Shown: piece by piece, positions 13,588 to 25,300 of the stretch
Layout: every line of letters starts with the position of its first letter
How positions within the stretch are numbered: position 1 is the stretch's first letter
Assembly: GCA_023213395.1 (NCBI GenBank)
Contig: CM041465.1
Coordinates: 174,289,741 to 174,353,740, forward strand
Source of the DNA: Cycas panzhihuaensis
Lineage: Eukaryota; Plantae; Cycadophyta
Direction of reading: 5' to 3'
DNA length: 64,000 nt
The notes under the pieces: model-generated
Told to the model about the DNA's origin: nothing
Seen by the model: the letters and a program-made list of their open reading frames with translations, nothing else
Databases searched by the model: none
Program-made: the position numbers and the translations under genes

Positions 13588-14130
13588 AAATTGCAAGCTC
13601 GGACACAAAGTTGCAACTAGGACGACTTAGAAGCAAAGTTGCAACTCGGACGCAAAGTTGCAACTAAGAAGCAAAGTTGCAACTCGGACGCAAAGTTGCA
13701 ACTAAGAAGCGAAGTTGCAACTCGGAACGCAAAGTTGCAACCAAGAGGTAAAGTTGCAACTTGGATGCAAAAGTTGGAATTAGGATGCAAAATTGCAACT
13801 CGGAAGCAAAGTTGCAACTAGGACACAAAGTCGCCATTGGGAAGCAAAGTTGCAACTTGAGCGTAAAGTAGCAACCAGGACACAAAGTCGCCACTCGGGA
13901 GCAAAGATACAACCTGGAAGCAACTTAGACGAAAAATTGCAACTCGGAGATAAATTTGTAACCAAGATACAAAATCGCAACTTAAATATAAAAGATTGCA
14001 ATCCGGATGCAAAGCGGCTACCAAAACATCAAGTCGCGATTCGAAGGCAAAAGCTCTGCATAGTCGCCATTAGGAAGTAAAGTTACAACTCAGATAGAAA
14101 ACAATAGCGCGGATATAAATCTGCAATCTA
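13588..14130 (+). repeat. Minisatellite, 19-bp unit GCAAAGTTGCAACT(CGGAC/AAGAA), roughly 25 copies decaying 3'-ward
   Basis: Directly visible tandem units with the palindromic core AGTTGCAACT; alternating variants give a 38-bp period at 13633-13710. Confidence 0.92.
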
Positions 14131-14601
14131 AAAGTTATAAGAAGAAGCAGAATCAATTAGAGGCGGACAAGAAGAAGCAGAATCAGAGAATTGGAAGAAC
14201 GAAATATAGATCATTGGAGATGAATAAGTCGTATCAAATTGATGTGGACGAAATTAGAAAAAATCATGAGAAAAACATGTATTAATGACAATGGCAGCAA
14301 AGCGGCAGAAGGAAAGTAACGATAATTGGTTGGCACGCGTACCGAATTAAATCAAGCGTAAAGGAAATGACAGGTGGCTGACATGCGTAGGATGGATGTA
14401 ATTAAGGTACATTGGGAGTCGCAACCAAGTAATTGCAACCATGATAACAGTCATAATGGAATTGCATGGTATGGCGGAATTCAAAACAACAGAATTGCAA
14501 AGGAACCACTGCGGCTTTTGAAGACGAGGGATCGACAATGGAACATTGCGGCTTTGAAGACGAAAGGATCGGGGGCGGAAGGAATTCCAGGGAATAACAG
14601 A

Positions 14602-16284
14602 ATGGCACAAATGCAGATCAATCTACGAGAAAGTGATGATGATAAAATTAGGCACGAATCGTGGGATATGCCTAAAGATGACCAAAGAAAGGTTACCTTC
14701 ATGAAAGCAGGATTTGCTTAGTATGTGCAGGTTGGATTATTTCCACCTACGTCTCATTTTTTGACGAAGATGATCCAGTTAGTAGCTCAACAGCTAGAAA
14801 TTTTGGATACTGCAGCCTAGACAATTTCAAAGATTTCAGGTTTACCTGAGATAGGTAGAATGGTATCGAGGGATAAAAGAATTCCCCGGGAAAAGGCAGC
14901 AGAGGAATTGGGGGCGTAGGTTACAGACGTATCCACCTTGGGAATCCGGATTGCTGGCGTAGCAGATGGATTAACACGCTGGGTAGCGCATTTCTTGTTT
15001 ACAAGAGTAATTCTGAGTCAAAAAAATTCATTCGTACCCACGGAAATGAGAACAATTTTGTTGCAGGTAGCATGTGGAATAAGGTTTAATTGGGTTGCGT
15101 TTATTAGGGGGAGAATTTTGGAAAAATTGGCAAATATTAAAAAGAAACCTCAAACCGTTGTATTCTACCGTTAGAGCCTGTTTCAAGCTTTATTGTATTC
15201 TCAGTGTGCGATGATTACATTACCAGATAGGAAGTAAGGGGAGGTAGCGATGACGACTTGGATAATTCATTTCAAGAGCAAAGGGGAGACATGATGAAGA
15301 GAATTACAGGAAAAAGTAAGGGATTTCTTTTTGCAGAAAGCTTAGGCGGTAATTCCTTAGAAGCCACCAACGGAAGATAAGGGTAAAAAGCAATAGCGGG
15401 AAGAGGCGACCCTGCAACAGAAGGAGGGAGAGGAGAAAAGGAAGGAAGGAATTAAAAAAGGGAAACAAAAAATGGGGAGTGTGTTGGTGAAAGAGGAAGT
15501 TTTGGAGCAACAACTAGCTGAGTAGGTAGAGAAAATCCATAACACTGAAGAGGAGAAGCGGAAAAGGAGAAAGATGGCTGCAGAAAAAGCAAAGAAGGAG
15601 ATACTGGAAATATTGAATAGCCAGCTAGCCGAGGTCGATTTTGATTTTGATAATGAAGAACTAGCAGAAGAAGGAATCGACCTGATGCAGTGTCAGCCAC
15701 ATAATGTGGCACATTGGAAAGTGTCATTCTTAGCAAAAGTTATCCGACACCTGGTGATTGAATTGGAGATAAGAAATAAGAGCCCCCCTCCAGATATGTA
15801 GAGAATTCAGAAGTTAGAAGACCAGTTAGCTGCTTTTGAAGCGAAGCTGGAATTTTTAATTAAATTCATCATGCATTGGGTAGGCGATACTTCTCGAGTG
15901 GAGCATTTGGTACCATCCTTCGACGCTTTGTTTGGCGAACAAATTCCACTAGGCCTGGAGAAGGTAATTTGAAAGCTGGGTGCGTGGATTATGTAGACTC
16001 GGGAAGACGCAGAATATGCAAACCGTTTCTGGTCAATGATCAAATCCCTGCGAGATGATCTGTTATTCGTGGAAACGAGGAAGTGCGAGTTGGAGGAAGA
16101 ATTCGAGTAGATGCATTCTGGAGAGAAGCCAGCGATGGCTCATTTACAGGCATTACAAAATGTAGTAATTCTATATGACCATTGCAAAAAGCAAGGGATA
16201 ACTTCGCCTTGTACGGTATACAAACCCGATCCGCAGAGAATTCGAGTTGAAATGGAGAGGATTAAAAAAGACAGAGAAAGTTGA
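14602..16284 (+). pseudogene. Extra ~560-codon ORF of Gypsy C, function unknown (nonsense stops only, frame kept)
   Basis: ORF-track pieces 14374, 14938 and 15574 share one frame; reading through the TAG/TGA/TAA stops runs from ATG 14602 to TGA 16282-16284. Confidence 0.72.
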
Positions 16285-16362
16285 ATGGTCAAGTTTCTTT
16301 TATTCTTTCCTGTAATGTGAGCTTACAAGTAATAATACTTGTAAGTTTTGTGAAGGGAGAGA

Positions 16363-16716
16363 TGTGTGTAGGCAATTTAGTTACAACCTTTTGTTGTATC
16401 TATAAGCGGTTGCAACTAACTTGATCATAGTATGTATAAATAATAGGAGAAAGAATGTAGAGGTAGTAGTTAATTTTGTTCATAGTCGCTGTCCATTGGT
16501 TGCTGTTGCACGAAAAGTCTGTCACAGTTTTGTATCATTGTAAGTCATCTTGTGTGTATTGTTCTGGGCCAACTCTGGTTGTGAGAGAACTAGAGCCTCC
16601 CATCATAATGAAATGACTATGGTCATTGTGCTCCCAAATATTGCTGTGTAATGATGCAAGTTGCAATGGTTTAACTCTTATGCTTGTTCCATATGAGATT
16701 CCGGACATAGCACACA
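16363..16716 (+). repeat. 3' LTR of Gypsy C
   Basis: Follows the PPT; followed by TSD GTCTC. Confidence 0.96.
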
Positions 16717-17058
16717 GTCTCATAATTTTGAACGCCTTCCCATTATAGTGTGGTCACGTATTCAATCCCTTGGTATTTATAAAGAAGAAATAGCCTACAA
16801 TTCCTTCCTAAAATAGGGTTCTTCATATAGACCTTTTCTAATTGGTAGAAAAATCTAGCCATTGTGTCTTGTTCATATTATTTGAGAGTTTTTTGAAGAT
16901 GTAGAAGCTTTCAAGGGATTGAATGTGCTCTTGCAAGTATATTTCTTTGTGCTAGTAAAATCATGTTGTTAGCATACAAGAGCACTTTTTTACTATATAC
17001 ATTGTAGTTGTAACACCTCCATTCCTTATTAAATGTGTTGCCTCCACCATTTGCCTTT
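16717..17058 (-). mobile_element. Decayed RTE-like LINE ORF2, piece 2 (YADD region)
   Basis: Minus strand 16985-16965 reads VLLYANN (decayed LLYADD), followed by MILLA. Confidence 0.65.
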
Positions 17059-17280
17059 TGATTTGGAATGAACCTAAACGAAGATGAAAAACTATTCACA
17101 GTTTATTGCTGTCAAAAAGATACTTGTATTATGATCTCTGTCACTCATTTATATTGTACATATGAGAGCGATAAATTGGTTTATCAACCACCTAAATACT
17201 GACAAATGACTTTATGCCATGTGGCGTAATAAAAAGAGTTTAAGTTACTTAAGATAAAACATTACTTTTTACACCCTCTC

Positions 17281-19204
17281 TTAATGTTTTATCTTTTATT
17301 CCTAATTTGTCTTTGAAGAATTGAAATTTACTTCTACTCAAAGCTTTTGTGAAGATATCTGTTGTTTGATCTTCTGATTTGCAGTATACATGCTCGATTT
17401 CTTTATTTTAAACCTTCTCTTTGATGAAATGATGATGAACTTCTATGTGTTTTGTTCTTGCATGAAACACAGGATTTTTTGTCATCTTGATAGTGCTTTG
17501 ATTATCACAAAATAGGGTAGTTGATTCTGTTTGTTGTTGTCCAAGATCCTTGAATAGCTATCTGATCCAAATGGCTTCGCAGGCTGCATTGACTGCTGAT
17601 TTGTACTCGGCTTCTGTAGATGATAATGCTATTGTGGATTGTTTTTTGCTGTTCCATGAGATTACTGCTGATCCCAAGGAGAAACAATACCCTGTAGTAG
17701 ATTTTCTTTCTGTCTTGTCATCGGCCCAATCTGAATCACAATATCCAGACAGAACTATATTCTTGTTTTGATTGTATCTTAACTCAAGATTTATAGTTCC
17801 TTTCAGATATCTGAGTATTCATTTTGCTGCATTCCAATGAGAGACTTTTGGTTCTTGCATAAATCTGGAAATTACTCCTACAGAAAAGGCTATATCTGGT
17901 CTGGTGGCAGTGAGATAGATCAGACTTCCGACTAATTGTCTATACAAGGTAGCATCTACCTTTTGTTCTTCTATATTTGAGCTCAGAACACAGCTAGTTT
18001 CCATTGGTGTAACACAGCTATTGCAGTTCTCCATATTGAATTTTTTGAGTATGTTCTTTATGTATTTGGATTGAGATAATTCAATGAAATCACTTGTCTG
18101 ATTTACTTCTATTCCAAGATAGTAATGGAGAATTCCCAAATCAGTCATTTCAAAAACCTTTTCAAGCTGGTTTTTGATGGATATAATTGAGTCATCATCA
18201 TTTCCTGTGAGTAACATGTCATCTACATATACAACAATAATTGTTACCTTTCCTCTGTTGAGTTTTACATATAGACTTGGATCTGACTCGCATCTGTGAA
18301 AGTTGTTGTGTATTAGATACTGATCCAGTTTCGCATACCAAGCTCTGGGAGCTTGTTTGAGTCCATAAAGAGCCTTTTTTAACCTGCAGACTAGATTTTC
18401 TTGCCACAGTTCATGACCTTGAGGTTGATACATATATACCTCTTCCTTTAGATCTCCATTTAAAAAGGCACTTTTTACATCTAGCTGATAAATCTTCCAT
18501 TTTTGTTGAGCAGCTAAGGCTATTATTGCCCTTATTGTAGTCAGCTTTGCTACCGGCGAGAAGGTTTCTTCATAATCTATACCTGCTGTTTGAGTATATC
18601 TGTTTGCAACCAACCTTGCTTTATATCTTTCTATTTCTCCATTGGATTTTTCTTTGATTTTGTAAACCCATTTGCAGTTTACTATGGGTTTGTTTTTTGG
18701 ACATTCCACTAGCTTCCAAGTTTTATTTTTCTGAATTGCAGCAATTTCTTCGTTCATAGCAGCTTTCCATTCTGCATGTCTGCTTGCTTCTTCATAATTG
18801 ACTGGTTCCAGAGAACATGACAAGGCTTGGTGTTTCTGTGACCTGGTCTTATGCTCATAGATGTCTCCTTTATTTTCTTCAATGGTTTTGAGATACCATT
18901 TTGGAAACCTTTTTGGGGTTTCAAGTTCACAAATGTCCCTGTGCTCTTCATTTTGAATGTGAGAAATATCTTCTACACTTCTTGGAGTATGCTCTTCAAT
19001 ATCTTCAGATGTGATGTCAGACTTATCTTCTAAGGATATAGAGGATTGTTTATCTGCAGTCTTTGTTACTGCCTCTATTTCTTGATATTCTCTTTGACTT
19101 TTCCCTGGATCTTCATCAAACACAACGTCTCTACTAACATGAATTTTGTTAGTTTTTGGATCCAGGCATCTATATGCTTTTGATTTTGAGCTATAGCCAA
19201 CCAT
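17281..19204 (-). pseudogene. Copia D RT and RNase H (461-aa ORF 17819-19204, then one TGA, continuing to IKH* at the PPT)
   Basis: CKWVYKIK, YQLDVKSAFLNGDL, LYGLKQAPRAW, VYVDDML; RH remnants (SSTEAEY, ARTKHIEVHHHFI) downstream. Confidence 0.9.
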
Positions 19205-19368
19205 TATACATTCAATACTTTTGTTATCTAGCTTTGGACATTCCTTGTCTGGAATGTGAACATAAGCTTTACACCCAAAGACTCTAAGATTACTTACATC
19301 AGGTTTATGACTCGTCCATGCTTCTTCAAGTGTAATTTTTTGTAGAGCATGTGTTGGACTTCTGTTTA

Positions 19369-21369
19369 TTAGATATCTTCTTTGTGTTGATTATACGCCC
19401 AATATGCTTTCTTAATCCCTTTGTCATGAATTAAGCACCGTGCCATTTCCATGTTTGTTCTGTTCATTCGTTCTGCAACTCCATTTGACTGGGGCGAGTA
19501 GGAAGTAGTTATTTGCGTGCGTATCCCATGATCTCTGCAGTAGTTGAGAAACTTCTTTGACATGTATTCTCTTCCTCCATCAGACTGAATACATTTGATT
19601 TTGTTATTACTTTCTAACTCAACTTCAGCCTTGAGCTCTTTAAACCGGTCAAAAACTTCAAATTTATTTTTTAGGAAATATATCCAGGTTTTTCTTGAAA
19701 AAGCATCAATAAAGATTAGAAAATACCTTGCCCCATTGATTGAACTTGGAGTAATTGGACCACAAATGTCTGTATGTATTAATTCCAATTTACTTTTGGT
19801 CTTATGAGTGCTTTCTGAAAAAGGAGTTCGATGTTGCTTTCCCATCATACAGCTTTTACAAACAAAAGAATCAAATGATAGCTTTGGTAGCCCAGTAACC
19901 ATATTAGAATTTTTCAACAGTTCTAATTTATCATTTGAGATATGTCCATATTTTAAATGCCAGATTTCATTATTGTCTTTGCTTGAAACAACAAAAGATT
20001 TTACATCATATGTAGGCACAATTGGAGTAGAAAGTAACTTATAAAGATTGTCACTTTCTATACCTTCTGCTATTACAGCACCATCCTTTTTCATGTCTAA
20101 TACAAAACAATGCCCACTGGTATCAAAAATAGTTACCAGTTGTTTCTTATTGAGCTGAGAAACAGATAAAAGATATTTTTTCGTTCCTGGTACATAGAGC
20201 ACTTTGCCAATTCGCTGTATTTTTCCATCAATTTCAACTGTAATTATTCCAATTCCTTCAATATGTAAAGGAAAATTGTTTCCTAATTCTACTGAACCAA
20301 TAGATGAGTATGGTTCAAGTGATTCAAACCATTCTTTTCTTCCTGTCATGTGGTTTGATGCTCCCGAATCTATGTACCAGTTATCTGATGCTTTTGTACT
20401 TGTCGCTAATGCAGCCACAAAGGCTGTTTCTGTATCATTCTCTTCTATTTCTTGATCTCTTTCCTTACTGTAGTTTCTAGCTATTTGTTTCCCTCTCTGA
20501 AGTATTGCTTTCTTGCATTGATAGGGAAAGTGACTAGATTGACCACAATGGTAACAAACATCAAAGGCATGACAGTTGCTTGAAAAATGTCTGGGTTTCC
20601 CACAGTTGAAACAGACTCTTTCATCTCTTGGTGGGATTGATCTTCCTCTGCCTCTTCCTTCAATCCGGCGTCCTCTGAAGTTTGATGTTTGAATTCGACC
20701 TCGTCCTTTGAAGCTTGGTTGAGCGCGTCCTCGTCCTATGTTAAATCTTGATACAAAGGCTTCTTCTATTTCAGCAACATCCTCTTCGTATCGTTTATTT
20801 CTCTGTTCTTGATTTAACATATGACCTGTTAATCCTTCAAATGTCATCTTTGCTGTTTGACCACTTTCGGTTAACATGTTGACCATGTTATCAAAAGTTT
20901 TGGGAAGTTTGTTCAGGACAAGATGCACCAATTCTAGATCTGAGATTTTATCTCCTGCAGAGACAAGCTCATTCTTTATACTATTTATTTTGGCCACAAA
21001 TTCAGATACAGATTGATTTTCTCTCAGTTTTAGTTTGTATAATTCTTCCCTTATTGCGATTATCCTGGCCTCATTTTTCTGACTGAATAAGGAAGTTACT
21101 ATACTCCAAATTTGTGAAGAGGACTCTACACCATCCACATAAGACAGAAGAAAATCTGAAATGGAAAGTTTTAGAATTCCAATTGCAATATTATCTTTAT
21201 CTTCCCAAGTTATTTGATCAACTATGTCTGTGGTTTTTTTTTCTTGACCAGTAACAATTTTCCATGCTCCCTTTGCTCTTAAAAGGCCTTCAATTTTGAT
21301 TTTCCAAAGGCTAAAGTTCATCTGCGTGAGTTTATCAGCTTCAGGAAGGGCAATAACAGAGTAAGCCAT
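19369..21369 (-). CDS. Copia D Gag-PR-INT portion of polyprotein (666 aa; frameshifted near 19400)
   Basis: Copia gag, RGRG-rich tract, two knuckles, WYIDSGASNHM, CKSCMMGKQHR, IHTDICGP, SDGGREY, NGVAERMNRT. Confidence 0.9.
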   Translation of the reverse strand: MAYSVIALPEADKLTQMNFSLWKIKIEGLLRAKGAWKIVTGQEKKTTDIVDQITWEDKDNIAIGILKLSISDFLLSYVDGVESSSQIWSIVTSLFSQKNEARIIAIREELYKLKLRENQSVSEFVAKINSIKNELVSAGDKISDLELVHLVLNKLPKTFDNMVNMLTESGQTAKMTFEGLTGHMLNQEQRNKRYEEDVAEIEEAFVSRFNIGRGRAQPSFKGRGRIQTSNFRGRRIEGRGRGRSIPPRDERVCFNCGKPRHFSSNCHAFDVCYHCGQSSHFPYQCKKAILQRGKQIARNYSKERDQEIEENDTETAFVAALATSTKASDNWYIDSGASNHMTGRKEWFESLEPYSSIGSVELGNNFPLHIEGIGIITVEIDGKIQRIGKVLYVPGTKKYLLSVSQLNKKQLVTIFDTSGHCFVLDMKKDGAVIAEGIESDNLYKLLSTPIVPTYDVKSFVVSSKDNNEIWHLKYGHISNDKLELLKNSNMVTGLPKLSFDSFVCKSCMMGKQHRTPFSESTHKTKSKLELIHTDICGPITPSSINGARYFLIFIDAFSRKTWIYFLKNKFEVFDRFKELKAEVELESNNKIKCIQSDGGREYMSKKFLNYCRDHGIRTQITTSYSPQSNGVAERMNRTNMEMARCLIHDKGIKKAYWAYNQHKEDI

Positions 21370-22351
21370 TTCAGAATATTAATGAGTCACCTCTGAGTAT
21401 GAAAGTACAGGGTTGTACGTCAATACGGTACGGATTTGTATGGAAAAATCAACTTGTACAGATAAGCAAAATTAGGATGTCAAAAGAAAGGTCCAAGTGT
21501 GAGGATTCCAGATTTGAAGTTATTTTTTCCAAAATCTTAACGGTTAGGTCAGAAAATGCAGTCGAATTTTACAAATGCGGCTAGGGTTTTTAGAAAAAAA
21601 TCTTCGTTTCTCAAGAAATATTCTGAAATAACTTTGAAAAATTATCCCAAACAGATGATATTACCCTAGAGAAGATTTTCGGACAGATTTTACCTGGAAT
21701 AAATGCTCTGATTAGAAGAAAAATTCAAAAGAATGACCAGACCCGCGCCCTCTGAAAACTACTCGAAAACTGGTCAAGACGATTTTTTCAGGCTTCGATC
21801 CTTTAGAAGAAAGTGACGGCCTTGTAAGGGCGAACCTCCTGGTAAAATTTCAGACAAATCTGAGCACTTTGAATTTTTTTCAGACAACTCGTATTTCCGT
21901 CTGATTTGCTTTCCTTCTATCTTTCAATCGTTACTTAAAAAACTTTGCTTCTTTGGATTCTCTTCATCTTATCCTCAATCTGACTCCAAACTTCTTCCTC
22001 TTTCGCATCAGACTAAATTCTCCTTCTCTCATTCTCGGAGGATAACTGCCTCGATACCATGAAAAACTATTCACAGTTTATTGCTGTCAAAAAGATACTT
22101 GTATTATGATCTCTGCCACTCATTTATATTGTACATATGAGAGACAGTTACAAATTGGTTTATCAACCACCTAAATACTGACAAATGACTTTATGCCACG
22201 TGGCATAATAAAAAGAGTCTAAGCTACTTAAGATAAAACATTACTTTTTACAGAAGACACAAAAGGAGGATGACAAGGAAGCGACCAAAGACTTGAATCA
22301 TGACGACCAATGACAACCAAGCCGATGATCAATGACTAGTAACCAACATTC

Positions 22352-25300
22352 TATAGAAAAACAGAGCATAACTTAAATAGAGAAGAAAAGAGTACTTGAT
22401 ATTATTGAGATTCAATCTCCTTAAGTATACGTCAATGATGTGATGGTTACAACTTCTAATGTAACCGATCACTCTCAGACTACCAAGTGTCATGATCTTA
22501 TGAGTACATTAAGGGTGGTCCTAACATGACCCCCTTTCTTTTCTAGATAAAACATTATATATCAACACCCCCTCTTAATGTTTTATCTCTAATAGTCCTA
22601 TTTTGTCTCTTAAATATTTGAGCCTTTCTCTCCCAAGAGGCTTTGTCAGGAGATCTGCAACTTGCTTAGATGTGGGGCAATATTCCAAGTCTATCTCTTT
22701 ATTCTGTACTTTTTCTCTTATGAAATGATGATGGACTTCAATATGTTTTGTTCTTGCATGTAGAATTGGATTTTTGGTCAGCTTGATGGCACTTTGGTTG
22801 TCACATTTCAGGGAAGTTGCTCCTTTTCTTTGTTGATCCAAGTCAAGCAAAGTTGTCTTAACCAGAATGACTTCACGGGTTGCTAATGTAGGCTTTATAT
22901 TCTCGCTCAGAGGAGAGAGCTCAGTAGCTTGTTTCTTACTACACCATGAGATTGCTTTGAGGCTCTTAAGAAGAAAGCAGTATCCACTTGTGGATTTCCT
23001 TTGTTCTTTGTCACCAAATGTCAGTCGTAGTACCCTGATATTTCCACTGGGTACCCCTTTAAGTATACTAACTTGAGATCTGTTGTTCCTTTGAGATATC
23101 TTAAAACTCTTTTTGCGGCTTGCCAATGTTTCAACTTTGGATTCTGCATATATCTGGATATTAGTCCCACTGAGTAGGATATGTTGGGCTTGGTGGCTGT
23201 CAAATAAATCAGACTTCCAATCATTTGTTTGTACAGGGTAATATCTGCATCCTTTTCCATACTATCTGTTGTTAAGTCACAATTTGTTTCCATGGGTGTT
23301 GTGCATGGATTGCAATTCTCCATCTGAAATCGAACAAGCAGATTTTTGATGTAGTTACTTTGGGACAAGGTTATGTAGTTTTGATGTTGACCTATCTCAT
23401 CCCAAGTAGTAATTTAGTGGACCCAAGTCTCGTCATTTCAAATTCTGTGAAGTTGACCTTTGATCCACTTAATTCCTTCTTCATCATTTCCAGTAAGAAG
23501 CATATCATCTACATAGACAACAATTATTGTTATCTTGTTGTTTGTTTTTCTTATGTAGAGACTGGAGTTGGAGTTACACCGAATGAACTTATTTTCTTCA
23601 AGAAAATGATCTAATTTTGCATACCAGGTGCGTGGAGCTTGTTTTAGACCATACAAAGCCTTTTTTAATCTGCAGACCAGATTCTCCTGTCCTTGTTCAG
23701 CATATCCTTCTGGTTGTTGCATATAGACTTCTTCTTCTAGCTCACCGTTTAAGAAGGCGCTTTTTACATCTAGCTGGGAGATTTTCTAACCTTGTGCTGC
23801 AGCCAAAGCTATTATTGTCCTTACTGTGTTCATCTTTGCTACTGGAGAAAAGGTCTCATCAAAATTTACACCTGCTGTTTGAGTGTACCCTTTCGCGACT
23901 AACCTTGCCTTGTATTTTTCTATTTTGCCATCTACTCCTTTCTTTGTTTTGTAAACCCATTTGCAGTTCTGATGGATTTATTAGCGGTGTAGTTCTACTA
24001 GTTTCCATGTTTGATTCTTCTTGATTGAATTCATTTCATTATCCATTGCCGCTCTCCATTCTTGATGATCTTTTGCTTCTTGAAAATTTTGTGGTTCGAC
24101 TTTGCTTAGAAGAGCTCTTGACCTTTGTCCCCGAGTTTTTACATTCTATTACATTTCCTTCTTCAACTGTTTTGATATACCATTTTGGCAACTTTTTCTG
24201 TTTTCGTGGATCTTCTTTTTCAATGGTGTCTTCTGATACTTGACTGGTTGATGATGGACCGACTTGTCCTTCTTTGGAAGTGATTTCTGAATCATTTCCT
24301 TCTTCAGTTTCTTGATCTTCTGAGGTAATTTCTAACTTATTTTCTGGCTCATCTTCTTGCATTTCTTGGAGTCTGGCAGCTTCCTGTTCATTTTCCTTTT
24401 CATTTTCTATTACTTTAATTTGTGAAGATTCAATAGAGTTTTCTTCGTTAAAAATGAAATCTCTGCTTACATAGATTTTGTTTGTTTTTGGATCTATGCA
24501 TTTATATGCCTTTGAATTTTTCGTAGCCTATTAAGACACATTCTATGTTTTTGCATCCAATTTGGACCTTCTTTTATCGAGAATATGCACAAATGCTTGA
24601 CTACCAAACACTTTAAGGAGACTTACATCGGGTTTTTGTCTGTCAAGCTTCTTCCGAGTGACATCCTTCAATGCTTTTGTTGGACTTGCTTATTAGGTAG
24701 CATGCTATGCTAACCGCATACTTAATATGTCTTAGATATTTTAGTTCCATACATCATGCTTGAGCCATTTCCATCGAGTTCTATTATTTCTTTTAGCCAC
24801 TCCATTCGATCGAGGGTGTAAGGAGTTGTAACTGCTCACGAATTCCTCGATCCTTGCAATAATTTAGAAACTCCTTTGATATATATTCCCTCCTCCATCG
24901 ATCGATGCATTTGATTTTCGTTCTGATTCTAGCTCATACGCTTTAAATTCTTTAAATGTTTCAAAACTTGACTTATTATGTAAGAAATATACCCACACTT
25001 TCCGAGTGAAGTCATCAATGAAAGTTAAGTATCTGCATCCATTAATTGTCAGAGGTGTAATTGGACCACAGGTATCTGTGTATCAATTCTAATTTAGACC
25101 GAGCTCTCAAGTACTTTATTTAAAAGGAAGTCATCTTTGTTTAGAGTTGACAACCTTTACAAACAAATGTATCTAATGAAATATTAGGTAGGCCATTTAC
25201 CATTCCTAATTTTTTCATTTGTTTAAGTGTATCAATTGAAAGATGCCCATACCTCAAATGCCATGCTTTATTATTAGATTTAGAAGCAGTACAAGCTTTT

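Larger units (their letters stand above)
7383..16716 (+). mobile_element. Full-length non-chromoviral Ty3/Gypsy element C (9.3 kb) with extra 3' ORF
   Basis: 354-bp LTRs 7383-7736 and 16363-16716 (~94% identical by eye); TSD GTCTC at 7378-7382 and 16717-16721; PBS 7738-7749; PPT GAAGGGAGAGA 16352-16362; gag-PR-RT-RH-INT order; no chromodomain seen. Confidence 0.96.
17085..22252 (-). mobile_element. Full-length Ty1/Copia element D (5.17 kb), near-intact
   Basis: LTRs 17085-17273 and 22060-22252; TSD GAAGA at 17080-17084 and 22253-22257; degenerate Met PBS 22048-22059; PPT AGAGAGGG 17281-17274. Confidence 0.97.

Noticed and set aside
13588-14130. CRISPR-like appearance of the palindromic repeat array, and its many overlapping ORFs
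   Set aside because: Units are contiguous with only ~5 variable nt, with no unique spacers and no cas genes in a eukaryotic TE context; the ORFs are by-products of a stop-poor repeat.
19595-20455. Plus-strand ORFs antisense to Copia D and similar short antisense ORFs elsewhere
   Set aside because: Shadow ORFs of the gag-pol frame with no independent evidence.
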